IMG/VR virus record: IMGVR_UViG_3300029305_003084
Reading direction: 5' to 3' (one strand)
DNA length: 64,000 nt
From: a virus
Lineage: Duplodnaviria; Caudoviricetes
The notes beneath the pieces are model-generated. The model was not told where the DNA came from, made no database searches, and saw only the letters and a program-made list of their open reading frames with translations. The position numbers and the translations under genes were made by a program. Of the stretch, positions 8,713 through 20,792 are shown piece by piece. The first letter of the stretch is position 1. The number at the start of each line of letters is the position of its first letter.

Positions 8713-10005
8713 ATGCATGTAAAATCTGAAGATTTTTTATATATTGAAAAATGTATTGCTACTGTAAAATCTGGTATTGATGTAAAATTAAATCTAGATA
8801 AAGTTGCAAATACATTGAATCGTTTATTTGAACTAGAACTAGAGATTGATCTTGTTGAGAATGATATTGGTAGCTTCTTTGGTGTTAATGTGTATCCTGG
8901 TGAAAAGTTACTTAGACATGTTACTGCTAATGTTGTCGGTAATCACTGTAAGACTGAAGAAGTTGTTGCAAAGTGGTATGAAAATAAGCATTGGTACATT
9001 GAGATTGATAGTATTCTATTATCTGAATTTGGACTAAATGCAAGTCCTGCTGAAGTTACTGCATTAATTCTACATGAATTAGCCAATGTCATTTATTTTG
9101 ATAGAATTCCTATCAAATTTGCAAACATTGTTCGTTATAACGTAATTGGTTTGAACTACACACTAAAGACATTAGCAAGAGATGATAAGATTAGAACACT
9201 ATTCTATTTTGCTTTAATTGAAGCATGTACTGCTAAGAACTATAAGCTTGAAACTACATATGGTGACAATGATCCTAATGAGTTTATTTATAAGCATGGT
9301 TATAGACAGAACTATGAAGATTTTGTACATAAGCTGATTAATACATTTGGTAATAGTCTAGTTGATAGATCTGATAAGGAAGTCGATAAGGATATTCGGT
9401 CTATCGTTAACTGGTGTATTACTAATATTAAACAGTTGGAACTAAGAAAGCAGTCTTTACGTTTAGCATTAAAGACTGAAATGCTAAAAACTCCTAGTTA
9501 TTATATTAAAAAAATGACTCAGGATATCTATAGAGGCTTCTTTGGTTCTGCTTTAGATGAATATAGAGTATTACTATCTGAATCTTATCGTGAAGATCCT
9601 AAGGATGTTTATGGTGAGCTAGTTGCTGAGCAGTATTTATCTAATCATGTAAAGAGAATTGTTACTGAATCTGCTAAAAATATCTGGGATAAACGTGGTA
9701 ATTTAAAAAAGATTACCCAGGCAGATATTGATATTTTGTTTGTGGAAGCACAAAAAATTGAATCGGTTGATGATAAAATTTATTTACTCGATAAATTATA
9801 CAGTCAACTAGATATTGTCGAGATTGCACTCGATTATTTAAATAGTGCTGATAGAGAACTATCTTCTAAAGTAACTCAATCTAAAACAACTTTAGAAAGT
9901 TTTAAAAAGCAATTAAATGAAATCAGAAGTACTATTCTAGCTACTAAGATTATTGAAAAGAATTATGGAATTTTTTATCGGACACCTGTAAATTACCAGG
10001 GCTAA
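8713..10005 (+). CDS. Virion structural protein with zincin-like HELAN motif
   Basis: Late promoter 8672-8683; EVTALILHELAN resembles a degenerate HExxH. Confidence 0.45.
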   Translation: MHVKSEDFLYIEKCIATVKSGIDVKLNLDKVANTLNRLFELELEIDLVENDIGSFFGVNVYPGEKLLRHVTANVVGNHCKTEEVVAKWYENKHWYIEIDSILLSEFGLNASPAEVTALILHELANVIYFDRIPIKFANIVRYNVIGLNYTLKTLARDDKIRTLFYFALIEACTAKNYKLETTYGDNDPNEFIYKHGYRQNYEDFVHKLINTFGNSLVDRSDKEVDKDIRSIVNWCITNIKQLELRKQSLRLALKTEMLKTPSYYIKKMTQDIYRGFFGSALDEYRVLLSESYREDPKDVYGELVAEQYLSNHVKRIVTESAKNIWDKRGNLKKITQADIDILFVEAQKIESVDDKIYLLDKLYSQLDIVEIALDYLNSADRELSSKVTQSKTTLESFKKQLNEIRSTILATKIIEKNYGIFYRTPVNYQG

Positions 10006-10023
10006 GGGAATCTCGAATATAAA

Positions 10024-10062
10024 CAAAAAAGAAATGGGTAGAAATTATCTACCCATTTCTTT
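10024..10062. terminator. Bidirectional terminator between convergent late and early blocks
   Basis: AAGAAATGGGTAGA-AATTA-TCTACCCATTTCTT. Confidence 0.75.
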
Positions 10063-10070
10063 ATATATTT

Positions 10071-12701
10071 TTATCTACGTTCACTGTTTAGAAGCAAATT
10101 ATTGATATATTTTACAACCTGAGTATATCCTATTCTAATAATAGGAGGCTTGTTTCTATATCGATGAACGAAGACACAATTATACTCTGTTGTATCAAGT
10201 TTCGCTTCAGACTGAAATCTTCTAAAATTCATTTCTAGCCAACATCCCATATAATTTATTTCTAGTCTATTATATTTATCATAATAAACTAATGCATTAC
10301 CAGTTGAAGATATACGTGATTCACTTAATGCAATATTGATTAATAAATGTACCGTTGGGTCATTTAATACATCATCTTCAATACATTTTAGGTTCATTCT
10401 TAAAGTCCTCAGGATCATATTGGATATGAGTTTTGATAGTCTCCTGTGTGTAACGAATATATTCATCACCATTTAAAAATTCAATGAACACTACTTTTGT
10501 ACTAGGCATAATTTCACAATGCATAATTCTACATACATCTTCATAATCATTGACATAATTTACTTTAATTAGATTGAGCTGATCATATACTAAAACCATA
10601 TTATGGTTATTAGTGCGGGCGGAATCTAAGCCAATTCTAATTAACTCGTTGTACTTCATAATAAAATCCTTTCTTTTAATAAATCATTTACATGATTTCA
10701 ATGTGTATCTTCATATATTAATGAGCATACGATAAGATACTAGAATAACCACGTATGAGCATTACTTCACCATCTTCTTTACATACACCGAGAACTACTT
10801 TTGAATCAAAATCAACCCGTTGTAACATTTGTCTAGCTTCATATGTACTGTCTGGATATTTCACAAATGTGTAATTGCCCTGGTCATATACAAGTACAAG
10901 CTTACATTTCTGATCATAAATTTCTTTTATTACAATATTAATTAACTGACCGTAATCCATAAATAAATCCTTTCTTTTTAATGAATCATACAATCGCTTT
11001 CGATATATGCAATGATATCACCAATACCACTGATAATAGTAACATCACCATCTTCTGTATCTAAGGATACAAAAATAGCATGTTTGATGTTAGTATAATA
11101 TGTGATAAAGAAGTATAATTCCATAATATCATCAAATGTTTTTATACCAAGTTCAATATCATTGCTATATACAAAAGCCATTTTGTTTTCAAACTCAAAT
11201 ATTTGAGTTAGTGCATTGGCTAATAGCGGTAGTTCTTCTTTAGAAATTTTCATTGGTTTACATACTCCTTATTATTTATTAAATACTCACGAATAACATC
11301 TTTATCAGTGAGCATTCTAGTGCCATTAATTAGCAATACGAAATTATAATTATGCTCATCATCTAAGATTTGAAGCATCTCATCAATGGGTCCAGTACAT
11401 TTACAAGTATTGCCTAACCACATATATCCGAGTACATATTCAGGAACACAATCAAGTTCATTTAAGAAACGTACTAATTCAGTTACAACTTCTAAATCAA
11501 AATCAGTAATAGTTTCTTCTTTTTGTTTAGATTTAATAACCGACATATTATATTCATGAATAGCATCTTCAACATTGTAATTGATATCGAGATCTCTTGC
11601 AATGAAGATGTGATACGTTCTATCAGTTGCTATATTTTCATAGTCAAATTCTTCACCATACTTGACATAAGTATAATGACGCATATCATACTTATCAACA
11701 TAGCAATATAATGCAGAAATATTATCATTGATACTATCTCCAAATATAGCATCTGCATTACAGATAAAATTTTCACGACACATAGTAGCAGATTGACTAT
11801 TAAAGATCATAGCATCAATCTTAGTCATCATTTTTTCTTTATTCTCATAGAAAAGTTCGATGAGGTCTAACGCATAATCACCATCAATAGAAATGGAATA
11901 TCCATTTCCAATTGCAGTTATCTGCACTTGATCCGGAGAACTATTGGTAAGATTAATTGCAGATTTAATGGAACCTAGATAATTATCAGGATATCCTCTT
12001 TCACATAAACGATTTTCGATGAAACTGATTTCATCTGCACTAGTAAATTCAATAGTAAACTTCATGATAATATCCTCCTCAATATTTGAACTTATAGTTC
12101 TTTAAAAATTTAACGGCTTCTCCTCGAGTATAAATGACTCTCAAAGTATCAGTATCTTCATCAGATACAACGAGAATACTTTTTTCGTGTTTGATTGATT
12201 TAAACTTCTCAATAGCCTCATTGACATTATTACTGTTGATTACTACAGGATTTGAATATCCGTCATTATTTTCAACCATAATGACATTGTCGGAAAAACA
12301 ATAGTTATTCCACATCATCATAGCATCAGATACTTGAGTTGCACGTTTGATGACAATTGTGCTTGGTTCTGTTTTTATGTTATAAACGTTTTCGTTTTTT
12401 CTAAAGATGTCCCAAATGTTCATGATGTTTCTCCTTATGATGGTAATTTAATGTGGTTTATAATACTGGTCCATTTTAATGGGTCAGTATTTACATATAA
12501 ATCAAAAATTGATAAAGATGATATACTATCATCTTTATCAATATCGATTATAAAATTATTTCGTACTCTATGTATAGAAATACCATTAAGTACAAAATCT
12601 TCTGTTTCTGTGAGTTTATATAACTCATTGAATAGTTTTTTCGATGGTCGAAAAACTAATTTATAATTTTTTATATCTGTACTGAAAGTTAAATGTACCA
12701 T
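10071..12701 (-). CDS. Operon of small early hypothetical proteins (10071-10472, 10378-10659, 10718-10993, 10978-11253, 11250-12065, 12079-12423, 12435-12701), several paralogous
   Basis: Tightly packed same-strand ORFs with RBSs downstream of early promoter at 12741-12773; shared (L/V)VY.(D/N) motif. Confidence 0.65.
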
Positions 12702-12740
12702 ATAAATCCCCCTAATTAAATCATTTATTCTTACTACTAT

Positions 12741-12773
12741 TATAATATATATTTATAATATTAGAATAAACGA
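12741..12773 (-). promoter_or_regulatory. Early promoter motif TTYAAWTATATATTATA (representative copy; others start at 13491, 14528, 17227, 32048, 33786, 49334, 50735, 54598, 56953, 58344, 61868, 63041 on minus and about 34476, 40697 on plus)
   Basis: Motif recurs upstream of early/replication genes; core resembles the phiKZ early motif TATATTAC. Confidence 0.75.
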
Positions 12774-12789
12774 TTATTGAAGAATCATA

Positions 12790-13458
12790 TTAATATAGTT
12801 CAGTATCAATAATTTCAATAGATATTAATAAATTGTCAGTAATATGAATTCCCCAAATTTGAGAATATTGAGTATCTTCATATTGTAATGTGTAAAATGT
12901 ATCATCAACTTTTAATATACTGGATTTTACATCTTCTGGAGTTTCCCATACATGAGGATGGTATTTTGACATATATTGGTAAAATTCACTAATAGGCATA
13001 TCTGAATAAATACCAGGACGATCATCATCACTATATGTTAAACGATATGGTTGTTCATTTGTCATAATCACACCATATACTTTATCATTATCGGTATACT
13101 CAGAGTTACCAATAACCCAATATATATTTTGACAGTACATTGTATTGTGAATTACAGTAAATCCTGTATTATTAAAGTTTTCAATAATTTCAAAATTATC
13201 ATCTATTTTAAGAAACATATCAACTGTAAACTCATTATAATAATGAGCAGATCTTGTTATTTGATAATAATGATCAAATACATCATTATCCCATCCTTCT
13301 GGTGGTGTAGTACCTTCAAGATATTCAGATGCTTCAATAGTAGGTTCTTCATCTTCTTTTGTTGGAATTTCTCTTTCAATAATAACAATTATTGATACTA
13401 CTAATATTGTAAATCCTATGAGAACTGCAATTCCTATATTTTTTAAATTTTCTTTCAT
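12790..13458 (-). CDS. Membrane-anchored hypothetical protein
   Basis: N-terminal TM helix IGIAVLIGFTILVVSIIVII; own promoter at 13491-13508. Confidence 0.6.
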   Translation of the reverse strand: MKENLKNIGIAVLIGFTILVVSIIVIIEREIPTKEDEEPTIEASEYLEGTTPPEGWDNDVFDHYYQITRSAHYYNEFTVDMFLKIDDNFEIIENFNNTGFTVIHNTMYCQNIYWVIGNSEYTDNDKVYGVIMTNEQPYRLTYSDDDRPGIYSDMPISEFYQYMSKYHPHVWETPEDVKSSILKVDDTFYTLQYEDTQYSQIWGIHITDNLLISIEIIDTELY

Positions 13459-13557
13459 TTGTTAACACTCCATTTCTATTTTGATATAGTTATAATATAT
13501 AATTGAAAATTAAGTTAAAAAAAGAAAGTGGAAAACCACTTTCTTTTTTTGTTTGGA

Positions 13558-14442
13558 TTACTCCTTATTAGCTTCCTTGACGGACTTGTTGTGAATGGAC
13601 ATCCATCGAATGATGTTGTCTACATACCGCATATCATACTTATGGACAAGATCAATCAGCATGATATGATCATGATTGGTAATCTCATTGTACACATCAT
13701 AATTGATCTCATTATCGATGATGGGAATAATAGTGATGTGTTCGGTCTTAATGACCTGATCGTCCTCATTGTCATAATAGCAGAAAGCGGCAATCATATT
13801 CTTGCCACCATTGTATCTCATCTCATCATTACGACGGAATTCAGCTTCCTTGTGCATCCGATGCTCGAGCATTTCGATATCGGTTTCTTCTTTGATCTCA
13901 ACTTTATTGATGGTCTTGTTGTGCTCATCGATAAGGGCTCTGATCTCATCGATATCATCAGAGATCATACCAGCTCGATCACACAGGACAGCTTCCAGGA
14001 TCTCATCGTCGTAGATGATGAACTCATAACCAGTATGGACGTATCTGGTTTCCATACCACTAGTATAGGTACAGAAAATATATTCCACACCATCAAGTTC
14101 ATTTTCTGCAAACTGCTTCTTGCAGTTGTTGATCATCATGGTTCTGTGAGTGATATTCTTTTTCATCAGCTCAACATAACCTTCAATAGTGTCCTTGAAC
14201 ATGTGATAGATCATCTTAGCGGTACCGATCTTACTTTCACAGAATCGGATAAGCTTAGTGATGATAGTATCATCAATGGTGACGATGCCACCATTAGGTA
14301 AGTCAACAATAGATACCTGGTCACAGATATCGTTGATCTCAGTCTTGGACTTAGCGAACACGTCGCCTTCAAAACCACAAGCTTCAGCAAAGCTGTTGAT
14401 TGCGTTCTTCTCCTTAGAGGTAAAGGTAAAGTTGATCTTCAT
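13558..14442 (-). CDS. Early protein with host-like (higher-GC) codon usage; paralog of 11250..12065
   Basis: AGGAGA RBS, early promoter 14528-14560, terminator 13517-13550; C/G-ending codons. Confidence 0.7.
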   Translation of the reverse strand: MKINFTFTSKEKNAINSFAEACGFEGDVFAKSKTEINDICDQVSIVDLPNGGIVTIDDTIITKLIRFCESKIGTAKMIYHMFKDTIEGYVELMKKNITHRTMMINNCKKQFAENELDGVEYIFCTYTSGMETRYVHTGYEFIIYDDEILEAVLCDRAGMISDDIDEIRALIDEHNKTINKVEIKEETDIEMLEHRMHKEAEFRRNDEMRYNGGKNMIAAFCYYDNEDDQVIKTEHITIIPIIDNEINYDVYNEITNHDHIMLIDLVHKYDMRYVDNIIRWMSIHNKSVKEANKE

Positions 14443-14563
14443 GATGTTTTCTCCTTTTGATACTTTTTTGAAATTTGATTGAGAAGGATCATAGAAAAAT
14501 ATTCTAATATTTCCTTCTTATTACTATTATAATATATATTTGAAAGTGTTGACTTTACGATTT

Positions 14564-17191
14564 TTATACCATGACATATAAATATCGTAAAATACTTTTC
14601 CATTCAGTTGGATTTAATTCTGAATATAGCTTCATGAGCATATCCGTAGCTAAATCATCATTGATTATTACAGTATACTCTTTTCCTTTCTTTTTAACCA
14701 TGATTGGACCGTTATCCCAATCTCCTATTTCTAAAGCTTCTTCTAGTTCATTTACCAACTCTTTTGTTGGTGAAAATAAATATGTGAATTCATTTGTTAT
14801 TAGGTTTATCATTTTATATCATCTCCAATTTATGTTGTTAATCGTTGTCTGTTACAAAAGCACCATTTACAATTGCTTTAAACAAAGCTGCGGTATGTTT
14901 ATTTGCATTATCCACACTTTGATTCAATAGATTGTGATACTTCTTTTCAAATTCTTTTGCTTCTTCTAGTTCATGACGAAGTCTTCTGTTTTCATATACG
15001 ATGTCTGCCATGCCGAGAATCATTTCTTCGACTCTAAATCGTCGTTCCTCAGCAGCAATTTGTCTAAGTTCAGATATATCCATATTATTGCTCCTTAAGT
15101 TATAATAATAATAATGTTATCAATGATTTGATAAAGTCTTTTCAAATTCTGACTCAGTATTATCGATAAAGAAACATATACACTTATTGCAACAGAATCT
15201 TTCATTTATATCTTGTATTGTAGGATCATCAAAAAGATTTACTTTATATTTCACGCTTTTGTCTGTCCCACAAAAATAACATAGAACTTCCTTCCTTCCT
15301 TTTCTCTCTATCAATTAATTCAAATCTCATATAATATACCTCTATTTTTATTTATATACATATAAGCGTATAAGTTTTGTATATACTTTCTTTCCAAAGA
15401 AATAATATTGATGCCAACATCCAACGAAATTATCTTCAATTCTTTTTTCAAAAATTTTCATATTTATTACCTCATAAAATATGTACTTATGGTTCAATGG
15501 GATGAGAATTATATTCAGTTTCCCATTTAGTTCCATAGAAATTCAATCCTTCAATCATAAATCGAGAAATTTCATCTAGGATCTCATCAGGAGTTTCGCG
15601 AATAAATCTATCCATATTTACAGTGGTTCTGTCATGATTATATTCATCAATAAACTCCATAATTTCCTTAACAGTGATATCACTTCTTTGAATTTTATAA
15701 AAATCAGGATACCATCTATCAGAAAACATTCCAAAAGAATAGTCTGTGGCATACATGCCACTCATCATGGGAACACGATAGCCGTGACTATAGACAATTT
15801 CTTCAATACCTTTATGTTTTTCAGTTGGTGCAAAATCAGATACAGTAATGCTCGCATTTTCATACTCCGAAAAGTCACAAGCGTACATCATATAAGAAGT
15901 TTTATTTTTATCAAATAAATTCTTCTCGATATCTGCACCAATTAAGGTTGCATTTCCACAACCTGCACAGATTAAGAGTAAGTTTTTATTATTATCTAAA
16001 GCTTTCATTAATACGGTATTATCTACCATATGGATTCTTCCACACTTGCAAATTCTCATATCATACTTAGTTTTCATATTAAATTACTCCTTATTACTAT
16101 TATCATTTTTATGTTTTTCGAGCATATCAAACACCTTACAGTCTAAGTTATTGTAAAGAGTTAATAGTATTCTTGCATCACTTAAATTCATGTCAACAAG
16201 AGATTTTAACGCATCAGAGTGATAACTATCGCGAGAAACTTTCTTCACATGATCTATACAAGTACTATAATACTCACCAATGATGTTTGCAGCAAAACAC
16301 ATAGCTTTATATCCTTCATGTGTTGTATAATTATAATGCTTACAGCATGTTGCAAACTGCTCATATGTAATGTGATTCATTACTATACCCCCAAATAAGA
16401 TCATCTTTTTAATTTTTTAACAACTTCAATTGAGTCATGTTTATAATTTCCACCATGACCATATTCAAAATGATTTTGACAATACTCTTGGCCTTTTATG
16501 ATAGCATCATGTTTATTTTCTGCCTCAATTTCAAATTCCTTCCATCCAGAAAAATATCCTTCGATTCTCATAAGATATTTATTCATAATATTACCTCTTA
16601 AGTTACAAAAATAATTTTACGTTTATTGTAATCTGCTATTTCACTAGTATCGCTATGATCGACTAAAATTTCAACAACGAACCATCCTCTATTAATATCT
16701 GACCAATTTTTTAAATCTTTAGCCTTACCTTGCCAAAGAATACGATTATCGAGATAAGTCTTCACGATAATATTTTCATAAATAATATTTGCAACATTTT
16801 TGAGATACATGATATATTCCTCCTCTTTATAACCTCATACGAATATTGTTAACTCGTCATCAAATTCTTCCTGAATATATTCATATTTTCTAGAAAGATA
16901 TTCGAATAATTTCTTATAAATTTCTAACTTATTTTCTTTAAGATATTGAACAATTTCCATTACTGTATCAAATTCTTTTTCAATAGCTCTGGAATTTGCC
17001 CATCTGTCAAATCCTGCCACTGTAGAAAATCTGATAAGATAATGATAATTATTACCCTCATGAGGGAGCAAAACTGCTAAAGCAATAATATGCTCATTTT
17101 GTGCATATACTGATCCATCAGTGACAGCTATCTTGTCGCATCCAAATTCCTTTTGTAAACACTTTTTGATTATAGTAATATTAATATTCAT
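14564..17191 (-). CDS. Operon of small early hypothetical proteins (14564-14812, 14838-15083, 15120-15314, ~15348-15461, 15487-16077 CxC/CxxC protein, 16084-16404, 16401-16586, 16598-16810, 16835-17191)
   Basis: Packed same-strand ORFs with RBSs under early promoter 17227-17259. Confidence 0.6.
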
Positions 17192-17311
17192 AATGACATT
17201 TCCTTTCTTATTTATATTACTACTATTATAATATATATTTGAAATAGTCGGTTATACGATTTAATTAAAATCACATTTATATAATGAATCCTTAAAGAAA
17301 GGAGAATTATA

Positions 17312-20300
17312 TTGAAGAAAAAGTTTATATATGATTTAGATACTACAAATATATCCTTTATACAAACTGCAGTTGATTTAAAGAAATTAGGTATTAAAAA
17401 TAATATGTTTTTTCTTAAATTATTTGATCCTTCATTAAAAGGAGTTGATCCATTCTCTCCATTTTTAACAAACGATCAAATATTTAGAATCATTAATGAA
17501 TGTATTATTAATCCTTGGTATTTTTTAAGAGAATGTGTTAGAATTCCAGACCAAGGTAATCCTGCTGGTATTTCATATCTATTAAATCGTGCTAATTTAG
17601 CAGAAGCATGGTGTTTCTTACATAATATTGATCATTATCTAGTTATTCCTCGTCAGATTGGTAAAACTCAATCAGTAGTTGCAATTATAAATTGGACTTT
17701 TTTATTTGGTACAACAGACTCCGAATTTATGTTCTTGAACCTATCACAAGAAAGAGCTCAAGAAAACTTAGGTAGATTAAAAGATCAAAGAGATTTATTG
17801 CCGCCTTATTTACAATTTAAAATTGCATATGATGAAGAAGGTAACGAGATTAAAAAGATTGATAACGTAAAATCTCTTAAAAATATTAATAACAACAATA
17901 AGATCATTACAAAGCCCTCTGCTAGAAGTAAAGAGGCTGCAGAACGTATTGGTCGTGGTAACACTCAAACTATTCAGTTCTATGATGAGTTTGAATTTAT
18001 TTCTTATATTAAAACTATTCTTGAGGCAGCGGGTTAATTTGGCCCCTATATACAGTGATGTATATAGCAAACTCCTTTAATTGCTGGGAACTCCTTAATG
18101 GACAATCAGCAGCCAATATTTAAAAAATATTTTGAAGAAAACATCTCTTAAAGAGGTGATTGAATTTATGTATATTACAATTAATGATGAACCTGAAGTT
18201 TTTGTTGATTTAAACCATCCGGATATTCCAAAAGGATTATATAAAATAAGTAATTATGGTAATATCTATAATAATATAACAAAAAAATATCGAAATATTA
18301 CTGGTAGAGACAAAGATGGTTATGTACGTGCACCATTTAAATCAATTAGTAAAAAAGCAATATATTTATATATACATAGATTGGTGGCGTTCCATTTTTG
18401 TGAAGGTTATGATGAAAAAACTGGAAGAGTTTATGTAAATCATAATGATTGTATTAGAGACCATAATTATTATAAAAATTTAACATGGGTTACAGTTCAA
18501 GAAAATAATAAACACTCTTATGAACATGGATCGGCGAAACCAAATATAACGCATTTACATGGTGAATTAAATGGTTTTTGTAAATATCCAGATAGTACCA
18601 TTCATTTAATATGTAAATTATTACAGGATGGCTTAACACCAATGGAAATTATGAATAATTTCGGGTATCCTAAATATTCTAGTAATATTCTATTTTATGA
18701 TTTAATTATACGAGTAAAGAATAGACGAGCTAGAACTTTTATTTCTTCAAAATATATTTTTTAAATAAGGTTCAACGACTATTCCGAAAGGAAGTACACT
18801 CAAGTGAGTGGAAACAGGGAGCATCTCATTAGAGATGAAGATATAGTCTCATCTATATGGTGACATATAGCAGTTCATAAGAGAACGGCATAGAATTAAC
18901 GACTCTATGTGAAGATAAATGCCTGCCTTTGTTACTGCATCTGAAAATGCAAAACGAAATGGAGCTCCGACGGCTCGTGTGTTCACGAGTACTCCTGGTG
19001 ATCTAGATACTCAATCAGGTCAAGATGCATTAGAAATAGTTGAGCAGACATGTAAGTGGACTGAAAAATTTTATGATATGGAAATTGAAGATGTCCAAGA
19101 ATACATTGCTACAAACTCTGGCAATAACATTGTTTATATTGAATATTCATATAAACAACTTGGTAGAGATGAAAACTGGTTTAATAAAATCTGTTCAGTC
19201 CTAAATAATGATAAGATGAAAATTAAGCGAGAAGTATTTCTACAGCGTTAACCTGATAGCGCCGTATCATAGTAATATGATATTAAACACTTTTCTAATT
19301 GCTGGAAACTCCTTAGAGCCTAAAGTACCAAAGTGTAATAATCTTTAGGATTGGACAATCAGCAGCCAAGCCTTATATAAATATATAAGGAAGGTTCAAC
19401 GACTATCGAAAATAATGATGATATGTATGTAATAAATATCATATTATGAGTAGAGTACACTCAAGTGAGTGGAAACGGAAAGCTCCTAAATTATTTTAGG
19501 ATGATGATATAGTCTGATCTCTATAGAAATATAGAGCAGTTCTTAAATGAACGGCATAAGAGTAACGACCTTATGTGAACATAAATGTTGCATGGTAGTA
19601 GTGATTCTCCTTATGAACCTGAAGATTTAGATGCTATTCAAGAGCTTAAAGGTAAGATTCTTGAAGAAATTTTCATTAATCGATTATTTAAGCTTGATGT
19701 GTATGAGAAACTTGATAAAAATAGAATTTATTTTGTTGGTGTTGACGTTGCTGGTGGTTATGGTGCGGATAACTCAGCAATCACTGTTTGGGATCCATAT
19801 GTAAGAAAAACAGTTGCTGAATTTAGATCATCTAATATTGGTGTTAAAGATTTAATTAAGTTCATATATGTGTTAGTGAAGAAGCATATTCCTAGAAGTA
19901 TTTTATTTATAGAAAGAAACTATAATGGTGAAGCAGTTCTTGATCATTTACGAGATACTGATATACGTGGAAATTTATACTTTGATAATTCTAAAGATCC
20001 TATGGCTGATTTAGATGAAAAAGTTGATAAGAATGGTTTCTTAAGTGTAGAAGCTGCTAGACGAAGACTATATGGTGTATATACACACGGTAAGTCTAGA
20101 GAATTGATGTTTGAAATTTTAGCACTATATGTACGAGAACATAAGGAATCTTTTGTTGGTGCATATGTTATTGATGATTTAATGAAATTAGTTCGTACAA
20201 AAACAGGTAAGATTGAAGCAGGACCTGGTATGCATGATGACAGTATTATGTCATTCAATATGTGTCTATATGGATACTATTATGCAAATAATTTATCTAG

Positions 20301-20727
20301 ATATGGATTTGTAAAAGGTAGTATTCCTGATGAAGAAAAACAAAATAAAGGTATGGATTATGGTGAAATTTATAGTGTATTGTCCGATTCTGAAAGAAGT
20401 GCATTAGGTTTAGAGGAAAATTCATATATTTCTTATCAGGATTTAGATATGGGAAAAATGATTTCTGAAAAACATGGATTAGTTTCTGAACATGAACTAA
20501 AAAAGAGTTTACATTCTGATAATGTTAGAGAAATCAAATCACCTAATATAAATAAAGCATTAGATCCTTATCAATTAAAACTATATAAAGAAATGGAACA
20601 GGCTCAGAGAGAATCTGAAGCATATAATAATAGAATTGGATTTAATACAAATTATAGAAGTATGTCTGAAGAATATGAAAATAATATTGACTTTGATGCC
20701 GATCTCTTTACCGAATTAAATAATTAA
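17312..20727 (+). CDS. terL: Terminase large subunit, spliced: exons 17312-18034, 18922-19248, 19588-20727 (729 aa)
   Basis: Walker A IPRQIGKT, Walker B QFYDEFEF, STPG, nuclease VGVDVAGG / IERN / HDDSIMS; exons join in frame (EAAG|PAF, LQR|LHG). Confidence 0.92.
18035..18921 (+). mobile_element. Group I intron 1 (terL) with HNH ORF
   Basis: 5' site after GGGT pairing with GCCC (U.G in P1); cores AATTGCTGGGAA, AATCAGCAGCCAA, TTCAACGACTA, GATATAGTC; ends AAATG. Confidence 0.9.
18168..18764 (+). CDS. Intron-encoded HNH homing endonuclease (NUMOD4/HNH_3 type)
   Basis: YKISNYG, IHRLVA..F, VNHND..R.HN...NL.W.T..EN..H; RBS GAGGTG before ATG 18168. Confidence 0.88.
   Translation: MYITINDEPEVFVDLNHPDIPKGLYKISNYGNIYNNITKKYRNITGRDKDGYVRAPFKSISKKAIYLYIHRLVAFHFCEGYDEKTGRVYVNHNDCIRDHNYYKNLTWVTVQENNKHSYEHGSAKPNITHLHGELNGFCKYPDSTIHLICKLLQDGLTPMEIMNNFGYPKYSSNILFYDLIIRVKNRRARTFISSKYIF
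19249..19587 (+). mobile_element. Group I intron 2 (terL), ORF-less
   Basis: GCGT|...GCGC P1, same conserved cores, terminal G at 19587. Confidence 0.9.
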
Positions 20728-20792
20728 ATAAAATATAATTAGTGTATTAACAAATTTTTAATATAAATAACATAAAGGGATGGTGTTGTGTT

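Noticed and set aside
13528-14301. 257-aa plus-strand ORF
   Set aside because: Antisense shadow of 13558..14442 caused by its codon bias; no RBS or promoter, and it starts inside a terminator
17312-20727. terL, polymerase, specificity subunit and beta' fragments as pseudogenes, inteins or stop-codon recoding
   Set aside because: Gaps contain group I cores and removing them restores exact reading frames; other genes end normally at TAA/TAG/TGA
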